The notes under the pieces: generated by a model
What the model was told of the DNA's origin: nothing
Seen by the model: only the letters and a program-made list of their open reading frames with translations
Database searches by the model: none
Made by a program: the position numbers and the translations under genes
In this document: positions 38,816 through 48,749 of the stretch, in pieces
Numbering within the stretch: position 1 is the stretch's first letter
How the letters are laid out: the number at the start of each line of letters is the position of its first letter
DNA from: Candidatus Omnitrophota bacterium
Lineage (GTDB): Bacteria; Omnitrophota; Gorgyraeia; Gygaellales; Profunditerraquicolaceae
Assembly: GCA_025453395.1 (NCBI GenBank)
Contig: JALOQK010000005.1
Coordinates: forward strand, 12,684-76,683
DNA length: 64,000 nucleotides
Direction: 5' to 3'

Positions 38816-39969
38816 AACGCATCGCTATTTTAGGCTCTACCGGTTCAATCGGGAAGAATGCTTTAGAGGTAATCAACCTTTTTCCGGATAGGTTCAAGGT
38901 GGTTTTTTTAAGCGCTAATTCCAATGTCAAGCTTCTTGAAGAACAGGCGCTTAGATTTTCTCCAGAATGCATTAGTGTTTGCGATAAAGACGCTCTTTTA
39001 AAATTGAAAGGTAAAATAAAAGGATCCATAAGGCTTGTTTCTGAAGATGCCATAGAAGAGATGCTTTCTTCTTGCCGGGCAGACTTAGTGGTTTTAGCCA
39101 TAAGCGGTTCAGCCGCGCTTCGGCCGCTGCTTTGTTCTATAAACGCCGGATGTGACGTGGCTATGGCCAATAAGGAGGCGCTTGTTTGCGCGGGAGAAAT
39201 AATCATGGCGCGCGCCAGAAGCAAGAAGATTAAAATCCTCCCCGTTGATAGCGAGCAATCGGCGATCTGGCAGTGCCTGGAAGGTGAGGATAGGAATTTC
39301 TTAAAAAAAGTTTATTTGACTGCTTCTGGCGGGCCGTTTTTGGAAGCGCCTTTAAGAAATTTAAAGAATATTTCAGTTGAAAAAGTGCTTGCCCATCCGC
39401 GCTGGAATATGGGCAGGAAAATAAGCGTGGATTCAGCCACTTTAGTGAATAAAGGCTTAGAGGTGATTGAGGCGATGCATTTATTCGGCCTTGATGTAAA
39501 TCAAATAAAGGTGCTTATTCATCCCCAGGCGATCGTTCACTCTATGGTGGAATTTGTTGACGGATCGCTTAAGGCGCAGGCTTCCGTAACTGATATGCGT
39601 ATTCCCATACAATACGCGCTTTCTTATCCAGAAAGGCTTCCGGCAAAAAGCAGTTTGTTCCTTGATTTTTATAAATTAAAAGAATTAAATTTTGATAAGC
39701 CTGATCTTAAGAAATTTCCTTGTTTAGGTTTTGCTTTAGAAGTAGCTAAGAAAATGGGCAATGCCCCGTGCATTTTTAGTGCCGCAAGCGAAAAGGCCAC
39801 CGAAGCGTTTTTAGAAAAAAGAATCGGATTTTTAGACATACCAAAAGTTATAGAATATGTTCTTAGCAAAAGCTGTTATATTAAAACAATAGATTTAGGC
39901 GTTCTTCTTAGAGAAGACGCCTGGGCAAAAGAAACAGCATTGGCAAAAATTGAAAGGATAGGGCATTAA
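38812..39969 (+). CDS. dxr: DXP reductoisomerase
   Basis: LGSTGSIG, ANKE, PVDSE, HPRWNMG, NKGLE. Confidence 0.97.
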   Translation: MKRIAILGSTGSIGKNALEVINLFPDRFKVVFLSANSNVKLLEEQALRFSPECISVCDKDALLKLKGKIKGSIRLVSEDAIEEMLSSCRADLVVLAISGSAALRPLLCSINAGCDVAMANKEALVCAGEIIMARARSKKIKILPVDSEQSAIWQCLEGEDRNFLKKVYLTASGGPFLEAPLRNLKNISVEKVLAHPRWNMGRKISVDSATLVNKGLEVIEAMHLFGLDVNQIKVLIHPQAIVHSMVEFVDGSLKAQASVTDMRIPIQYALSYPERLPAKSSLFLDFYKLKELNFDKPDLKKFPCLGFALEVAKKMGNAPCIFSAASEKATEAFLEKRIGFLDIPKVIEYVLSKSCYIKTIDLGVLLREDAWAKETALAKIERIGH

Positions 39970-41045
39970 TGGGCGTTTTAGCTTTTTTCTTGATCTTGGG
40001 GATTTTGATTATTGTGCATGAGTTTGGCCATTTTATTATTGCCCGAAAGGCGGGGATAAGGGTTGAGAAATTTTCTTTAGGGTTCGGCCCGGCGATCTTA
40101 AGGAAAAAGACTAAGCAAACGGAATATACTTTAAACGCTGTTGCTTTGGGCGGGTATGTCAAGTTAGCCGGAGACAGCCTTGAGGATTATACCGGTAAAG
40201 CCGATGAGTATTTAGCGCAAAAGCCATCGCGCAGAGCCGCGGTGGTTTTTGCCGGACCGCTTTTGAATTACCTCTTGGGGATTTTTTGTTTTTGGTTGAT
40301 ATTCGTAGTCGGCTACCCGGCGCTTACCAATAAAGTCGGAGGGCTTCTTGACGGCTATGGAGCAAAAACTGCCGGTATCCAAGCGGGCGATAAGATTGTA
40401 AACATTAATGGCAAGCGAATCTTATTTTGGGAAGAATTGCAAAGGCAGGTTCAGGATGCTTCGGACAAAAGTTCCCTGGAGGTAGTAGTTTTAAGGGGGG
40501 AAAAAGAAATAAATTTTACCATTCCCCTTAAAGATAAACAGGTTGAGGACTTGATCGGCCAAAAAAAGCGCGTTGGCCTTTTGGGGGTAATTCCTGCGGA
40601 AGAATTCGTTACGGTTAGATACAATCCTTTTAAGGCGCTTTATTACGCTAGTTTAAAAAGTGTAGACTTGACGGTTATGACTTACAGGGCGCTTTGGTTT
40701 ATGGTTTCAGGGAGACTTTCTTTCCGCGATTCAGTAACCGGACCATTAGGGATTTTTTATATTACCAATAAAACCGCTGGTTTAGGCATATTGGCATTGG
40801 TGCATTTGGTGGGGATTTTAAGCATTAGTTTAGCGCTTTTTAATATTTTACCTTTCCCGGTCTTAGACGGTGGACATCTTTTCTTTCTCTTGGTTGAGAA
40901 AATACGCGGCAAAGGTTTAAGCCCTAAGGCAGATCAGATAGTGGCTAATTTTGGCATGACTGCGATTATCGCCTTAGCTATTTTTGTTACTTATAATGAT
41001 ATTTTAAAATTCAAAGACAAGTTATTCGGTTTTTTTATTAAATAA
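39969..41045 (+). CDS. rseP: RIP metalloprotease RseP
   Basis: HEFGH, AGP, PDZ domain, LDGGH. Confidence 0.96.
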   Translation: MGVLAFFLILGILIIVHEFGHFIIARKAGIRVEKFSLGFGPAILRKKTKQTEYTLNAVALGGYVKLAGDSLEDYTGKADEYLAQKPSRRAAVVFAGPLLNYLLGIFCFWLIFVVGYPALTNKVGGLLDGYGAKTAGIQAGDKIVNINGKRILFWEELQRQVQDASDKSSLEVVVLRGEKEINFTIPLKDKQVEDLIGQKKRVGLLGVIPAEEFVTVRYNPFKALYYASLKSVDLTVMTYRALWFMVSGRLSFRDSVTGPLGIFYITNKTAGLGILALVHLVGILSISLALFNILPFPVLDGGHLFFLLVEKIRGKGLSPKADQIVANFGMTAIIALAIFVTYNDILKFKDKLFGFFIK

Positions 41046-41047
41046 AA

Positions 41048-42118
41048 ATGCGGATTAAAAGAAGAAAAACAAGGATCATTAAGGTTGGGAATGTTTTTTT
41101 AGGCGGCAACTATCCTGTTGCGGTGCAGTCCATGGCAAAATACAAGACCTCGGACTGCGAGGCGGTTATCCGTCAGATAAATAAGCTTTCTTCTTGCGGC
41201 TGCGAGATTGTGCGTTTGGCAATAAAAGATACCGACGACGCGCTTGCCGTGAAAAGGATTAAGTCTTCTGTTAGAATTCCGCTTGTGGCGGATATACATT
41301 TTAATTATAAGTTTGCTATTGCCGCCATTGAAAACGGGATTGATAAGATAAGGCTTAATCCGGGGAATATTTATAAAACTAAAGAAGTAAATGCGGTTGT
41401 GGATTCAGCTAAGGCGCATCATATCCCGATAAGGGTAGGGCTTAATTCCGGGTCGTTGCGTTCTGATTATAAAGGCATTGCCTTAGGGATGGTAAAGTCA
41501 GCTTTAGGCTATATCAAAGTATTAGAGAAAAGAAATTTTCATGATATTGTAGTTTCCTTAAAAGCCTCCAATATTTTAGACACCGTAGAGGCCTATCGTA
41601 AGATGAGTTCTGTTTGCGATTATCCGCTGCATTTGGGCCTAACTGCTACTGGGCTTCCTAAGCAGGGGATGGTCAGCTCTTCCATCGCAATAGGGGCTTT
41701 GCTTTTAGACGGTATCGGTGATACAATAAGGATATCCTTAACCGATAAGCCCGAAGAGGAAGCCAGAGCCGCGCGTTGGATATTACAGGCTTTGGGCTTG
41801 CGTAATTTTGGTTTTGAGGTAATAAGCTGTCCTACTTGCGGCAGATGTGAAGTAGATTTAGTTAATATTGTGCGTGATTTTGAGAATCAGCTATCAGCTA
41901 TCAGCTGTCAGCTTTCAGCTAAACCGATTAAAGTGGCACTCATGGGCTGCGTGGTCAATGGCCCTGGTGAAGCAAAGCACGCTGATATAGGAGTTGCCTT
42001 TGGTAAAAAAGATGGGCTTTTGTTTAAGAAAGGAAAGCCTGTATCCAAGGTCTCCACAGATAGTTGCGTGGAAACGCTTATTAAACAGCTAAGGAGTTTT
42101 TCATGTCGCGGGAAATAA
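41048..42118 (+). CDS. ispG: HMBPP synthase
   Basis: VQSM, ADIHF, RLNPGN, GIGDTIRISL, CPTCGR, MGCVVNGPGE. Confidence 0.97.
   Translation: MRIKRRKTRIIKVGNVFLGGNYPVAVQSMAKYKTSDCEAVIRQINKLSSCGCEIVRLAIKDTDDALAVKRIKSSVRIPLVADIHFNYKFAIAAIENGIDKIRLNPGNIYKTKEVNAVVDSAKAHHIPIRVGLNSGSLRSDYKGIALGMVKSALGYIKVLEKRNFHDIVVSLKASNILDTVEAYRKMSSVCDYPLHLGLTATGLPKQGMVSSSIAIGALLLDGIGDTIRISLTDKPEEEARAARWILQALGLRNFGFEVISCPTCGRCEVDLVNIVRDFENQLSAISCQLSAKPIKVALMGCVVNGPGEAKHADIGVAFGKKDGLLFKKGKPVSKVSTDSCVETLIKQLRSFSCRGK
41887..41921. repeat. Five family D heptamers, in frame inside ispG
   Basis: TCAGCTA TCAGCTA TCAGCTG TCAGCTT TCAGCTA, encoding QLSAISCQLSA. Confidence 0.93.
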
Positions 42119-43359
42119 AAGAAAAAATAAAAAATAAGATCATTAGCCAGTACAGCGGGCTTTTACTTAATAACGCTGATAAACAGTTAATGCGCCAGAA
42201 AGTAGCAGATGCCGTTGATATTTTAATTACAGAAGATTTCCCGAAGTTAGAAGATGAGGTGAAGGCTAAATTAAAAGAAGAACTAACAGACGAGTTGACC
42301 GGATTAGGCCCCATAGAAAAACTTATGCTTGACCCTCAGGTTACTGAGGTGATGATAAACGGCCCGCGTAAGGTGTACGCGGAAATAGGCGGAAAAACCA
42401 AACTGACAAATGTTGCCTTTGACAATGAAGCGCATTTGATGTATTTCTTGAATAAAATGCTTCTTCCCACCCGCCGCCGGGTTGATGAAAGCCTGCCCTA
42501 CACGGAAATTGCCCTGGATTCAGGCGCTAGGGTTAATATTGTTATCGCGCCTCTTGCCTTAAATGGCCCGGTAGTTACGATCAGGAAATTTCTTAAGGAA
42601 ATAAAGACTATCGAAGATCTGGTGAATTTGGGGACTATGGACAATCGGATGAGCCAGTTTTTAAAAGCCTCAATTCAGGCGCAGGCAAATGTTATTTTTA
42701 GCGGGCCTACCGGAGTTGGCAAGACTACGACCTTAAACGTTCTTTCTTCTTACATTTCGGAGAAAGAAAGGATAATCACTATTGAAGATACCGCGGAATT
42801 AAGGTTGACCCAGGATCATGTGGTGCGCTTGGAATCCCGCAATCCAAACATGGACGGAAAAGGCGAGATCACTATCCGTGAACTTTTTAAGAATTCCTTA
42901 AGGATGCGCCCGGATAGAATTATCTTAGGCGAGATCCGCGGCGCGGAAGCCTTGGAGATGCTGCAGGCGATTTGTTCCGGGCACAGGGGGTCATTATCTG
43001 TCCTGCATGCCAGTTCTCCCCAAGATGTGATATACCGGCTTGAAACGATGATCTTAACCAGCGGGATTTCTATTTCGCTTGAGGCTATTCAAAGGCAGAT
43101 GTCCGCTTCTTTGGATCTAATCGTTCAACAGGAACAGCTTTTGGATGGCTCAAGAAAAATAACCCATATTACTCAAGCCAATGGCACCAAAGATGGGCAA
43201 GTTTGCCTGGAAGATATTTTTATCTATGACCTGGAAGGCATAACAGCAGACGGTAAAGTTAAAGGCAAATGGAAGGCAACCGGAGTAGTCCCGAAATTTT
43301 ATCCGCAATTAGTCAAAAAAGGCATTGCCCTGGACCAGGGTATTTTTAATAAAGGATAA
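42103..43359 (+). CDS. cpaF: CpaF/TadA family secretion ATPase
   Basis: GLGPIE, EVMING, GPTGVGKTT, IEDTAEL, LRMRPDRIILGEIRG. Confidence 0.9.
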   Translation: MSREIKEKIKNKIISQYSGLLLNNADKQLMRQKVADAVDILITEDFPKLEDEVKAKLKEELTDELTGLGPIEKLMLDPQVTEVMINGPRKVYAEIGGKTKLTNVAFDNEAHLMYFLNKMLLPTRRRVDESLPYTEIALDSGARVNIVIAPLALNGPVVTIRKFLKEIKTIEDLVNLGTMDNRMSQFLKASIQAQANVIFSGPTGVGKTTTLNVLSSYISEKERIITIEDTAELRLTQDHVVRLESRNPNMDGKGEITIRELFKNSLRMRPDRIILGEIRGAEALEMLQAICSGHRGSLSVLHASSPQDVIYRLETMILTSGISISLEAIQRQMSASLDLIVQQEQLLDGSRKITHITQANGTKDGQVCLEDIFIYDLEGITADGKVKGKWKATGVVPKFYPQLVKKGIALDQGIFNKG

Positions 43360-43372
43360 AGGAGAACGATTC

Positions 43373-44626
43373 ATGTTTTGGTCAAAGTCGCTTATACCTA
43401 CGCTCAAAGAGGCTGCCCAAGAGGCAGAATCTTTTACGCATCAGATGATGCTAAGGGCAGGCCTAATCCGCATGCTTATCTCAGGGGTGTATTCATACCT
43501 GCCTTTAGGCTTAAGGGTATTAAAAAATATTGAGAAGATCATTCGTGAAGAGATGGATACAGCCGGAGCAGCTGAATTATTGCTTCCGGCGTTACAGCCC
43601 AAGGAGCTGTGGGAGAAAACCGGGAGAGACGCTGTTTTAGGCGACGTGATGATCCGGTTTGTGGACCGCCGGGGCAGGAATTTATGTTTAGGTCCCACTC
43701 ATGAAGAAGTGGTTACTGACTTGGTAAAGTCGTATGTGTTCAGTTACCGCCAGTTACCGTTGGTAGTTTATCAGATCCAGACTAAATTCCGCGATGAGAT
43801 ACGCCCGCGCTTTGGCTTGGTCAGGGGTTGTGAATTTGTCATGAAAGACGCCTATAGCTTTGATAAAGATACAGCAGGCCTGGAAAAAAATTACCATGTT
43901 ATGTATGAAGCGTATAAAAGAATATTTAAAAGATGCGGCATTAATATCCTTGTGGTTGAGGCGGATTCCGGGGTGATGGGAGGAAAGATTTCCCATGAGT
44001 TCATGGCTGGGGCAAGAGAGGGCGAAGATTCGGTATATTCCTGCGCCCAGTGTAATTTAGCAAAACCCTTTAAAGACGGCCAGATTGCCCCTGTATGCCA
44101 GGCCTGTAATACTGCTATGGAGAAAATAAGCGCTTTGGAGCTGGGGCATGTGTTTCAGCTGGGCACCAAATATTCCGAAAGTTTAGGCGCTAATTTTGCC
44201 GATGAGAAAGATAATCCCGTGCCTTTCATTATGGGTTGTTATGGTATCGGGGTGTCGCGATTGCTTCCGGCGATTATTGAGCATAATCATGACGCAAACG
44301 GTATTGTCTGGCCGCGTCAAGTAAGCCCCTATGATGTCCTGATTATTCCGCTTGATATAAATGATTCTAAGATCATGGATCAGGCTTTGTCTTTTTACAA
44401 GAAAATCCAGGGGCATGATTTAGAAGTTCTTCTTGATGACCGCGATGAACGCGCAGGGGTGAAATTCAAGGACGCCGACCTTATCGGAGTCACCGCGCAG
44501 GTTATTATCGGCAAAGAATACCTAAAAACCGGCAACCTTGAGTTGAAGCTGCGCAGGGGTAATGAGAAATTCTTCCTTACTGATTATGAAATATTATGCA
44601 AATTAAAAGAGTATATCCGTGGATAA
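43373..44626 (+). CDS. proS: Proline--tRNA ligase, short form without editing domain
   Basis: LGPTHEE, KFRDEIRPRFG, ELGHVFQLG, MGCYGIG, GVKFKDADLIG; SD AAGGAG precedes ATG 43373. Confidence 0.96.
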   Translation: MFWSKSLIPTLKEAAQEAESFTHQMMLRAGLIRMLISGVYSYLPLGLRVLKNIEKIIREEMDTAGAAELLLPALQPKELWEKTGRDAVLGDVMIRFVDRRGRNLCLGPTHEEVVTDLVKSYVFSYRQLPLVVYQIQTKFRDEIRPRFGLVRGCEFVMKDAYSFDKDTAGLEKNYHVMYEAYKRIFKRCGINILVVEADSGVMGGKISHEFMAGAREGEDSVYSCAQCNLAKPFKDGQIAPVCQACNTAMEKISALELGHVFQLGTKYSESLGANFADEKDNPVPFIMGCYGIGVSRLLPAIIEHNHDANGIVWPRQVSPYDVLIIPLDINDSKIMDQALSFYKKIQGHDLEVLLDDRDERAGVKFKDADLIGVTAQVIIGKEYLKTGNLELKLRRGNEKFFLTDYEILCKLKEYIRG

Positions 44627-45080
44627 CGCGCATTTGGCTGTTTTATTAGAAGAGAAAATCGGCAAATCAGTGTCTGAACAGGGGTTTGAACTGGTGGAGC
44701 TTTTGTGCAGGCAAAATCAAGGCAGCTTTACCATAACCGCCCTTGTAGACCGCCGGGAAGGCGGGATCACCCTGGATGAATGCGTTTCTTTAAATTCTTT
44801 AATAGGAGAGTTTCTTGAAAAAGAAGACCTTATCCCCGGAAGTTATATTTTAGAGGTTTCTTCTCCGGGAGTGGACAGGGAATTCTCCAAGAAAAAAGAT
44901 TTTATGCGCTCTCTGAATTGCAAAATAAAATTTTTCTTAAAAGAGCAGGTTGATGGAAAAATAGAATGGGATGGGGTTTTAGAGCAAGTTAAGGATAATG
45001 ATCTAATAGTAAAAGCAAAACAGGGGTATATAGTAATTCCCCTGGAAAAAGTAAACAAGGCAAAACGGATAATCGAGTAG
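44619..45080 (+). CDS. rimP: Ribosome maturation factor RimP
   Basis: GITLDEC, YILEVSSPGVDR; upstream of nusA. Confidence 0.93.
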   Translation: MDNAHLAVLLEEKIGKSVSEQGFELVELLCRQNQGSFTITALVDRREGGITLDECVSLNSLIGEFLEKEDLIPGSYILEVSSPGVDREFSKKKDFMRSLNCKIKFFLKEQVDGKIEWDGVLEQVKDNDLIVKAKQGYIVIPLEKVNKAKRIIE

Positions 45081-45083
45081 GCA

Positions 45084-45242
45084 GACACCCGGCGCTTATC
45101 GTACCTTGGCAAAAATGTTTGCCAAGTACGCCCTTTCTGGGCTGAATTGGGCCGGTGTTCGCTACTGCTAACACCCGGCCCTATCGGATGGGCCGGTGTT
45201 CGCTACTGCTAACACCCGGCCCTATCGGATGGGCCGGTGTTC
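45084..45242. repeat. REP-like GC-rich hairpin cluster with a 41-bp tandem repeat (2.3 copies)
   Basis: TGGGCCGGTGTTCGCTACTGCTAACACCCGGCCCTATCGGA at 45148-45188 and 45189-45229, plus a partial copy to 45242. Confidence 0.92.
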
Positions 45243-45263
45243 ATTCAATATGAAGGAGAAAAA

Positions 45264-46460
45264 ATGAGTCAGGAATTAATTGCGATATTAGAGCAAATGG
45301 GCAGGGAAAAAGGGATCAAAAAAGAGATACTCGTTGAGGCGGTGGAAAGCGCTCTTTTAAGCGCGGCGCGCAAAGTCATAGATGTGGCGCAGGAAGACCA
45401 GCTTCAAGTGCAGCTTGACGGGGTAACCGGCAAAGTCAAAGTCTTTAAAAACGGCAAAGAAGTGGATTCCGTGGATTTTGGCCGTATTGCCGCTTCTACC
45501 GCGCGTCAGGTGATCATTCAAAAGATCCGCGAGGCAGAGAAGGAAATAGTTTTTACTGAATTTAACGCTAAGATCGGAGAGATAGTTTCCGGGACAGTCT
45601 ATCGCTTTGACAAGGGCAATATTATCGTTGATCTTTTGGGCAAGGCAGAGGGCATACTTCTTAAAAGGGAGCAGTCTGGTAAGGAAGAATTCCGCCAGGG
45701 CCAGCGTATCCGGGCGTATATCTTAGAGGTAAGAAAAGAGCCTAAAGGCGCGCAGATATTTCTCTCAAGAGCGCATCCTAATTTCGTGAAAAAACTTTTT
45801 GAGCTTGAGGTCCCGGAGATATATGAAGGGATAGTCGAGATAAAGGCAGTTGCCCGTCAGGCAGGAGAGCGCACTAAGATCGCAGTTTGCTCTAAGAATG
45901 AGAAAGTTGATTCTGTGGGGGCATGCGTGGGCATGCGCGGCAACAGGGTAAAGAATATTATCAATGAAGTGCAGGGCGAAAGAGTGGAGATCGTTCCTTT
46001 TAATGAGGATATTAAGGAATATATCCGCGCTGCTCTTTCTCCGGCGCAGGTTTCCGAGATTAAGCTGGACAAACAACAGCAGAGGGCGCAGGTTATTGTG
46101 GATGACGACCAGCTTTCTCTTTGCATCGGAAAACACGGGCAGAATGTGCGTCTTGCATCGCGTTTGGTGGGATGGGAATTTGACGTGCGCAGTAAAACCC
46201 AGATAGCGGAAAGCCTATTTACTAAACCAAAAGTTGAGCCTGTTCAGCAACAGCCTGCGGCTGTAAGCGAAGAGAAGAGTCCTTTAGGGCAATTAGAAGG
46301 CGTGGGGGACAAAACATTGGCTATTTTAGCCGAGAATGGTTTTAAAACTATTTTAGATTTAGCCAAAGCTAAAGCAGAAGATTTGACAAAGTTAAAAGGC
46401 ATTGGAGAAAAGAAGGCGGAAAAACTAATTGAACAGGCTAAAAAACTATCCAAGAAATAG
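45264..46460 (+). CDS. nusA: Transcription factor NusA
   Basis: FGRIAA..RQVIIQ, LSRAHP, GERTKIAV, GACVGMRG, IGKHGQNVRLA, C-terminal HhH; SD AAGGAG before ATG 45264. Confidence 0.97.
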   Translation: MSQELIAILEQMGREKGIKKEILVEAVESALLSAARKVIDVAQEDQLQVQLDGVTGKVKVFKNGKEVDSVDFGRIAASTARQVIIQKIREAEKEIVFTEFNAKIGEIVSGTVYRFDKGNIIVDLLGKAEGILLKREQSGKEEFRQGQRIRAYILEVRKEPKGAQIFLSRAHPNFVKKLFELEVPEIYEGIVEIKAVARQAGERTKIAVCSKNEKVDSVGACVGMRGNRVKNIINEVQGERVEIVPFNEDIKEYIRAALSPAQVSEIKLDKQQQRAQVIVDDDQLSLCIGKHGQNVRLASRLVGWEFDVRSKTQIAESLFTKPKVEPVQQQPAAVSEEKSPLGQLEGVGDKTLAILAENGFKTILDLAKAKAEDLTKLKGIGEKKAEKLIEQAKKLSKK

Positions 46461-46471
46461 AGGTATAGACT

Positions 46472-48613
46472 ATGACTATTGCTAAGAAACTCAAAACCCC
46501 TGTCAAGGCTGTTGTTAAGGAAAAGAAAAAGAAGCCGCCGATTATTAAGGTAGCTAAGCCCAAGGCGGTTAAGCCAAAGCAAGAAAAGCCGGCGGTTAAG
46601 AAAATAGTAAAAAAGAAATCTAAGATAGAAACTATTAATCCTGTTGTAGCCTCTGTCGCTGAAGTCAAACCTGTTACAGTTGTTCAGGCCCATCCTAAGG
46701 CTGAAGTTAAGCCCTCCGCGCATAAAACTATAAGCGCTCCTAAGCCCGAGATAGCCCCTAAACCGGTGCCGGTGCCAGCGCTTAAAACACAAGTTCCGGT
46801 TCCTAAGGTTGAACCCGTTGAACAAAAGCCAGTTGTCTCTGAAGCGGTGGTGCCAGAGCTTAAAGAAATTGAAATAGATCTGCCGGTTAATGTCAAAGAC
46901 CTATCTGTGAGGCTTCAGATAAAGCCTTCAGTATTGATCAAGATGTTAATGGATATGCGTATTATGGCAGGGATAAATCAGAACCTGCCTGATAATGTAG
47001 TCAGCCAAATTTGTCAGAAGTTAGGATTTGTGGTCAAAGCGGGTTTAGCCAAAGAAGAAAAGGCGTTATTCTTTCAGCAGAAAGAGGATGCTGCGGGAGA
47101 CCTTCTCCCCAGGGCCCCCATTGTTACTATGATGGGCCATGTAGATCATGGTAAAACTTCCTTGCTGGATGCGATTAGAAAAACCAGGGTTGTGGAATCC
47201 GAGCATGGAGGCATTACACAGCATATAGGAGCTTACTTGGTTAAAACCGGCAAAGGAGAGGTCACATTTTTAGATACTCCGGGGCATGAAGCTTTTACCG
47301 CGATGCGCGCCAGAGGCGCCGGCTTGACTGATATTGTTATTTTGGTTGTGGCCGCGGATGACGGGATCATGCCGCAGACAAAAGAAGCCATTGATCATGC
47401 TAAAGCAGCCGGAGTTTGCATAGTAGTTGCGCTTAATAAGATTGATAAAGCTCAAGCTGAGCCTGAGAGAGTAAAGAAACAGCTTGCGGAATTAGGGCTT
47501 ATGTCTGAAGACTGGGGCGGAAAAACCATTGTTGTGCCTGTATCCGCCAAGACCGGTCAGGGCATAGACCAGTTATTGGAAATGGTTCTTTTGGAAGCGG
47601 AATTATTGCAGTTAAAAGCTAATCCTAACCGGCTTGCCAAGGGCGCTGTGGTTGAAGCTAAAATGTCCAAAGGAAGAGGCCCCGTTGCTACCTTGCTTGT
47701 GCAGAATGGGACTTTACGCCTGAATGATAACATAGTAGTGGGTAATTCTTACGGCAAGATAAGGGCAATGTCTGATCATTTGGGCCGTCCGATTCAAGAG
47801 GCAAGCCCGGCGCACCCAGTTGAGGTTTTGGGCCTTGATTCAGTTCCCGAGGCCGGAGAGATATTTTATGTTATGCCTGATGAGCGTCAGGCCAAGGAAT
47901 TAGTGGGCAATCGCAATGAAGAAAGAAAGCAATCGCAGGTTAAGCAGATAAGAAGAATAAGTCTTGAAGATTTACACACCCAAATAAAAGAAGGCAAGAT
48001 AAAAGAGTTAAAGGTCGTACTCAAGGCTGATATGCAAGGCTCTTTGGAAGCGATAAAAGATCTTGTTGCAAAGATAGATACCGCGGAAATAAAACTTGAA
48101 GTAATCCATGCCGATGTAGGCAATATTAATTATTCAGATATAATTCTGGCAGTAGCCTCTAATGCCTTAGTTTTAGGCTTTAACGTGGTGCAGGATGACC
48201 GGGCCAAAGAATTATCTTCACACGAAGAAATTGATGTGAGGATCTACAACATTATTTATGAATTAGCCAATGATATAAAGCTTGCCATTGAAGGGATGCT
48301 GGAGCCAAAATTAAAGAAGGTGTTCATGGGAAAAGCGCAAGTTAAGAAGATGTTTAAGCTTTCCCGCTCTGGTAATGTCGCAGGATGCGTGGTCTCTAAA
48401 GGCAAGATCTCCCGCTCCAGCTCCATTACGGTTATGCGTAATGGTGAACAGCTTTTTGACGGCACAATTTCGGCTTTAAAACGTTTTAAGGATGATGTGC
48501 GTGAAGTTGCCGAAGGTTTTGAATGCGGGATCACGCTTAATGGATTTGATAAGCTTCAGGAAGGCGATGTTTTAGAATCCTATATTACTGAAAAGATAGC
48601 GCGCAAACTTTGA
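46472..48613 (+). CDS. infB: Translation initiation factor IF-2
   Basis: [29 protein letters not shown]; K/P/V-rich N-terminus. Confidence 0.98.
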   Translation: MTIAKKLKTPVKAVVKEKKKKPPIIKVAKPKAVKPKQEKPAVKKIVKKKSKIETINPVVASVAEVKPVTVVQAHPKAEVKPSAHKTISAPKPEIAPKPVPVPALKTQVPVPKVEPVEQKPVVSEAVVPELKEIEIDLPVNVKDLSVRLQIKPSVLIKMLMDMRIMAGINQNLPDNVVSQICQKLGFVVKAGLAKEEKALFFQQKEDAAGDLLPRAPIVTMMGHVDHGKTSLLDAIRKTRVVESEHGGITQHIGAYLVKTGKGEVTFLDTPGHEAFTAMRARGAGLTDIVILVVAADDGIMPQTKEAIDHAKAAGVCIVVALNKIDKAQAEPERVKKQLAELGLMSEDWGGKTIVVPVSAKTGQGIDQLLEMVLLEAELLQLKANPNRLAKGAVVEAKMSKGRGPVATLLVQNGTLRLNDNIVVGNSYGKIRAMSDHLGRPIQEASPAHPVEVLGLDSVPEAGEIFYVMPDERQAKELVGNRNEERKQSQVKQIRRISLEDLHTQIKEGKIKELKVVLKADMQGSLEAIKDLVAKIDTAEIKLEVIHADVGNINYSDIILAVASNALVLGFNVVQDDRAKELSSHEEIDVRIYNIIYELANDIKLAIEGMLEPKLKKVFMGKAQVKKMFKLSRSGNVAGCVVSKGKISRSSSITVMRNGEQLFDGTISALKRFKDDVREVAEGFECGITLNGFDKLQEGDVLESYITEKIARKL

Positions 48614-48733
48614 AAAGCGTAAAGTGTAAAGCGCAAAGCTCCTGCCTGCGGGCAGGCAGGAAAAACCATAATTCAAAATTAAAAATTTTTAATTTTACGT
48701 TATAGTTTTTCGCTTTCAGTTTTGCGTTTTAAG
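48613..48733. repeat. Family B element carrying a nested 20-bp palindrome
   Basis: aaagcgt aaagtgt aaagcgc aaagct [cctgcctgcgggcaggcagg] aaaaaccataattc aaaatta ... ttttcgc tttcagt tttgcgt. Confidence 0.88.
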
Positions 48734-48749
48734 ATAACCAATTACGATT

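Noticed and set aside
45148-45242. 41-bp direct repeat as a CRISPR array
   Set aside because: The units are contiguous and identical, with no unique spacers and no cas genes.
45237-45263. nusA start at GTG 45237 as given in the ORF track
   Set aside because: It lies within the repeat; ATG 45264 has an SD and gives the canonical MSQEL N-terminus.
46244-46825. 193-aa minus-strand ORF and the other minus-strand ORFs in the track
   Set aside because: All are antisense shadows of well-supported + strand genes or of repeats, with no recognisable motifs.
46472-46860. K/P/V/A-rich IF-2 N-terminus as a repeat insertion
   Set aside because: There is no period-7 DNA, and low-complexity IF-2 N-termini are common.
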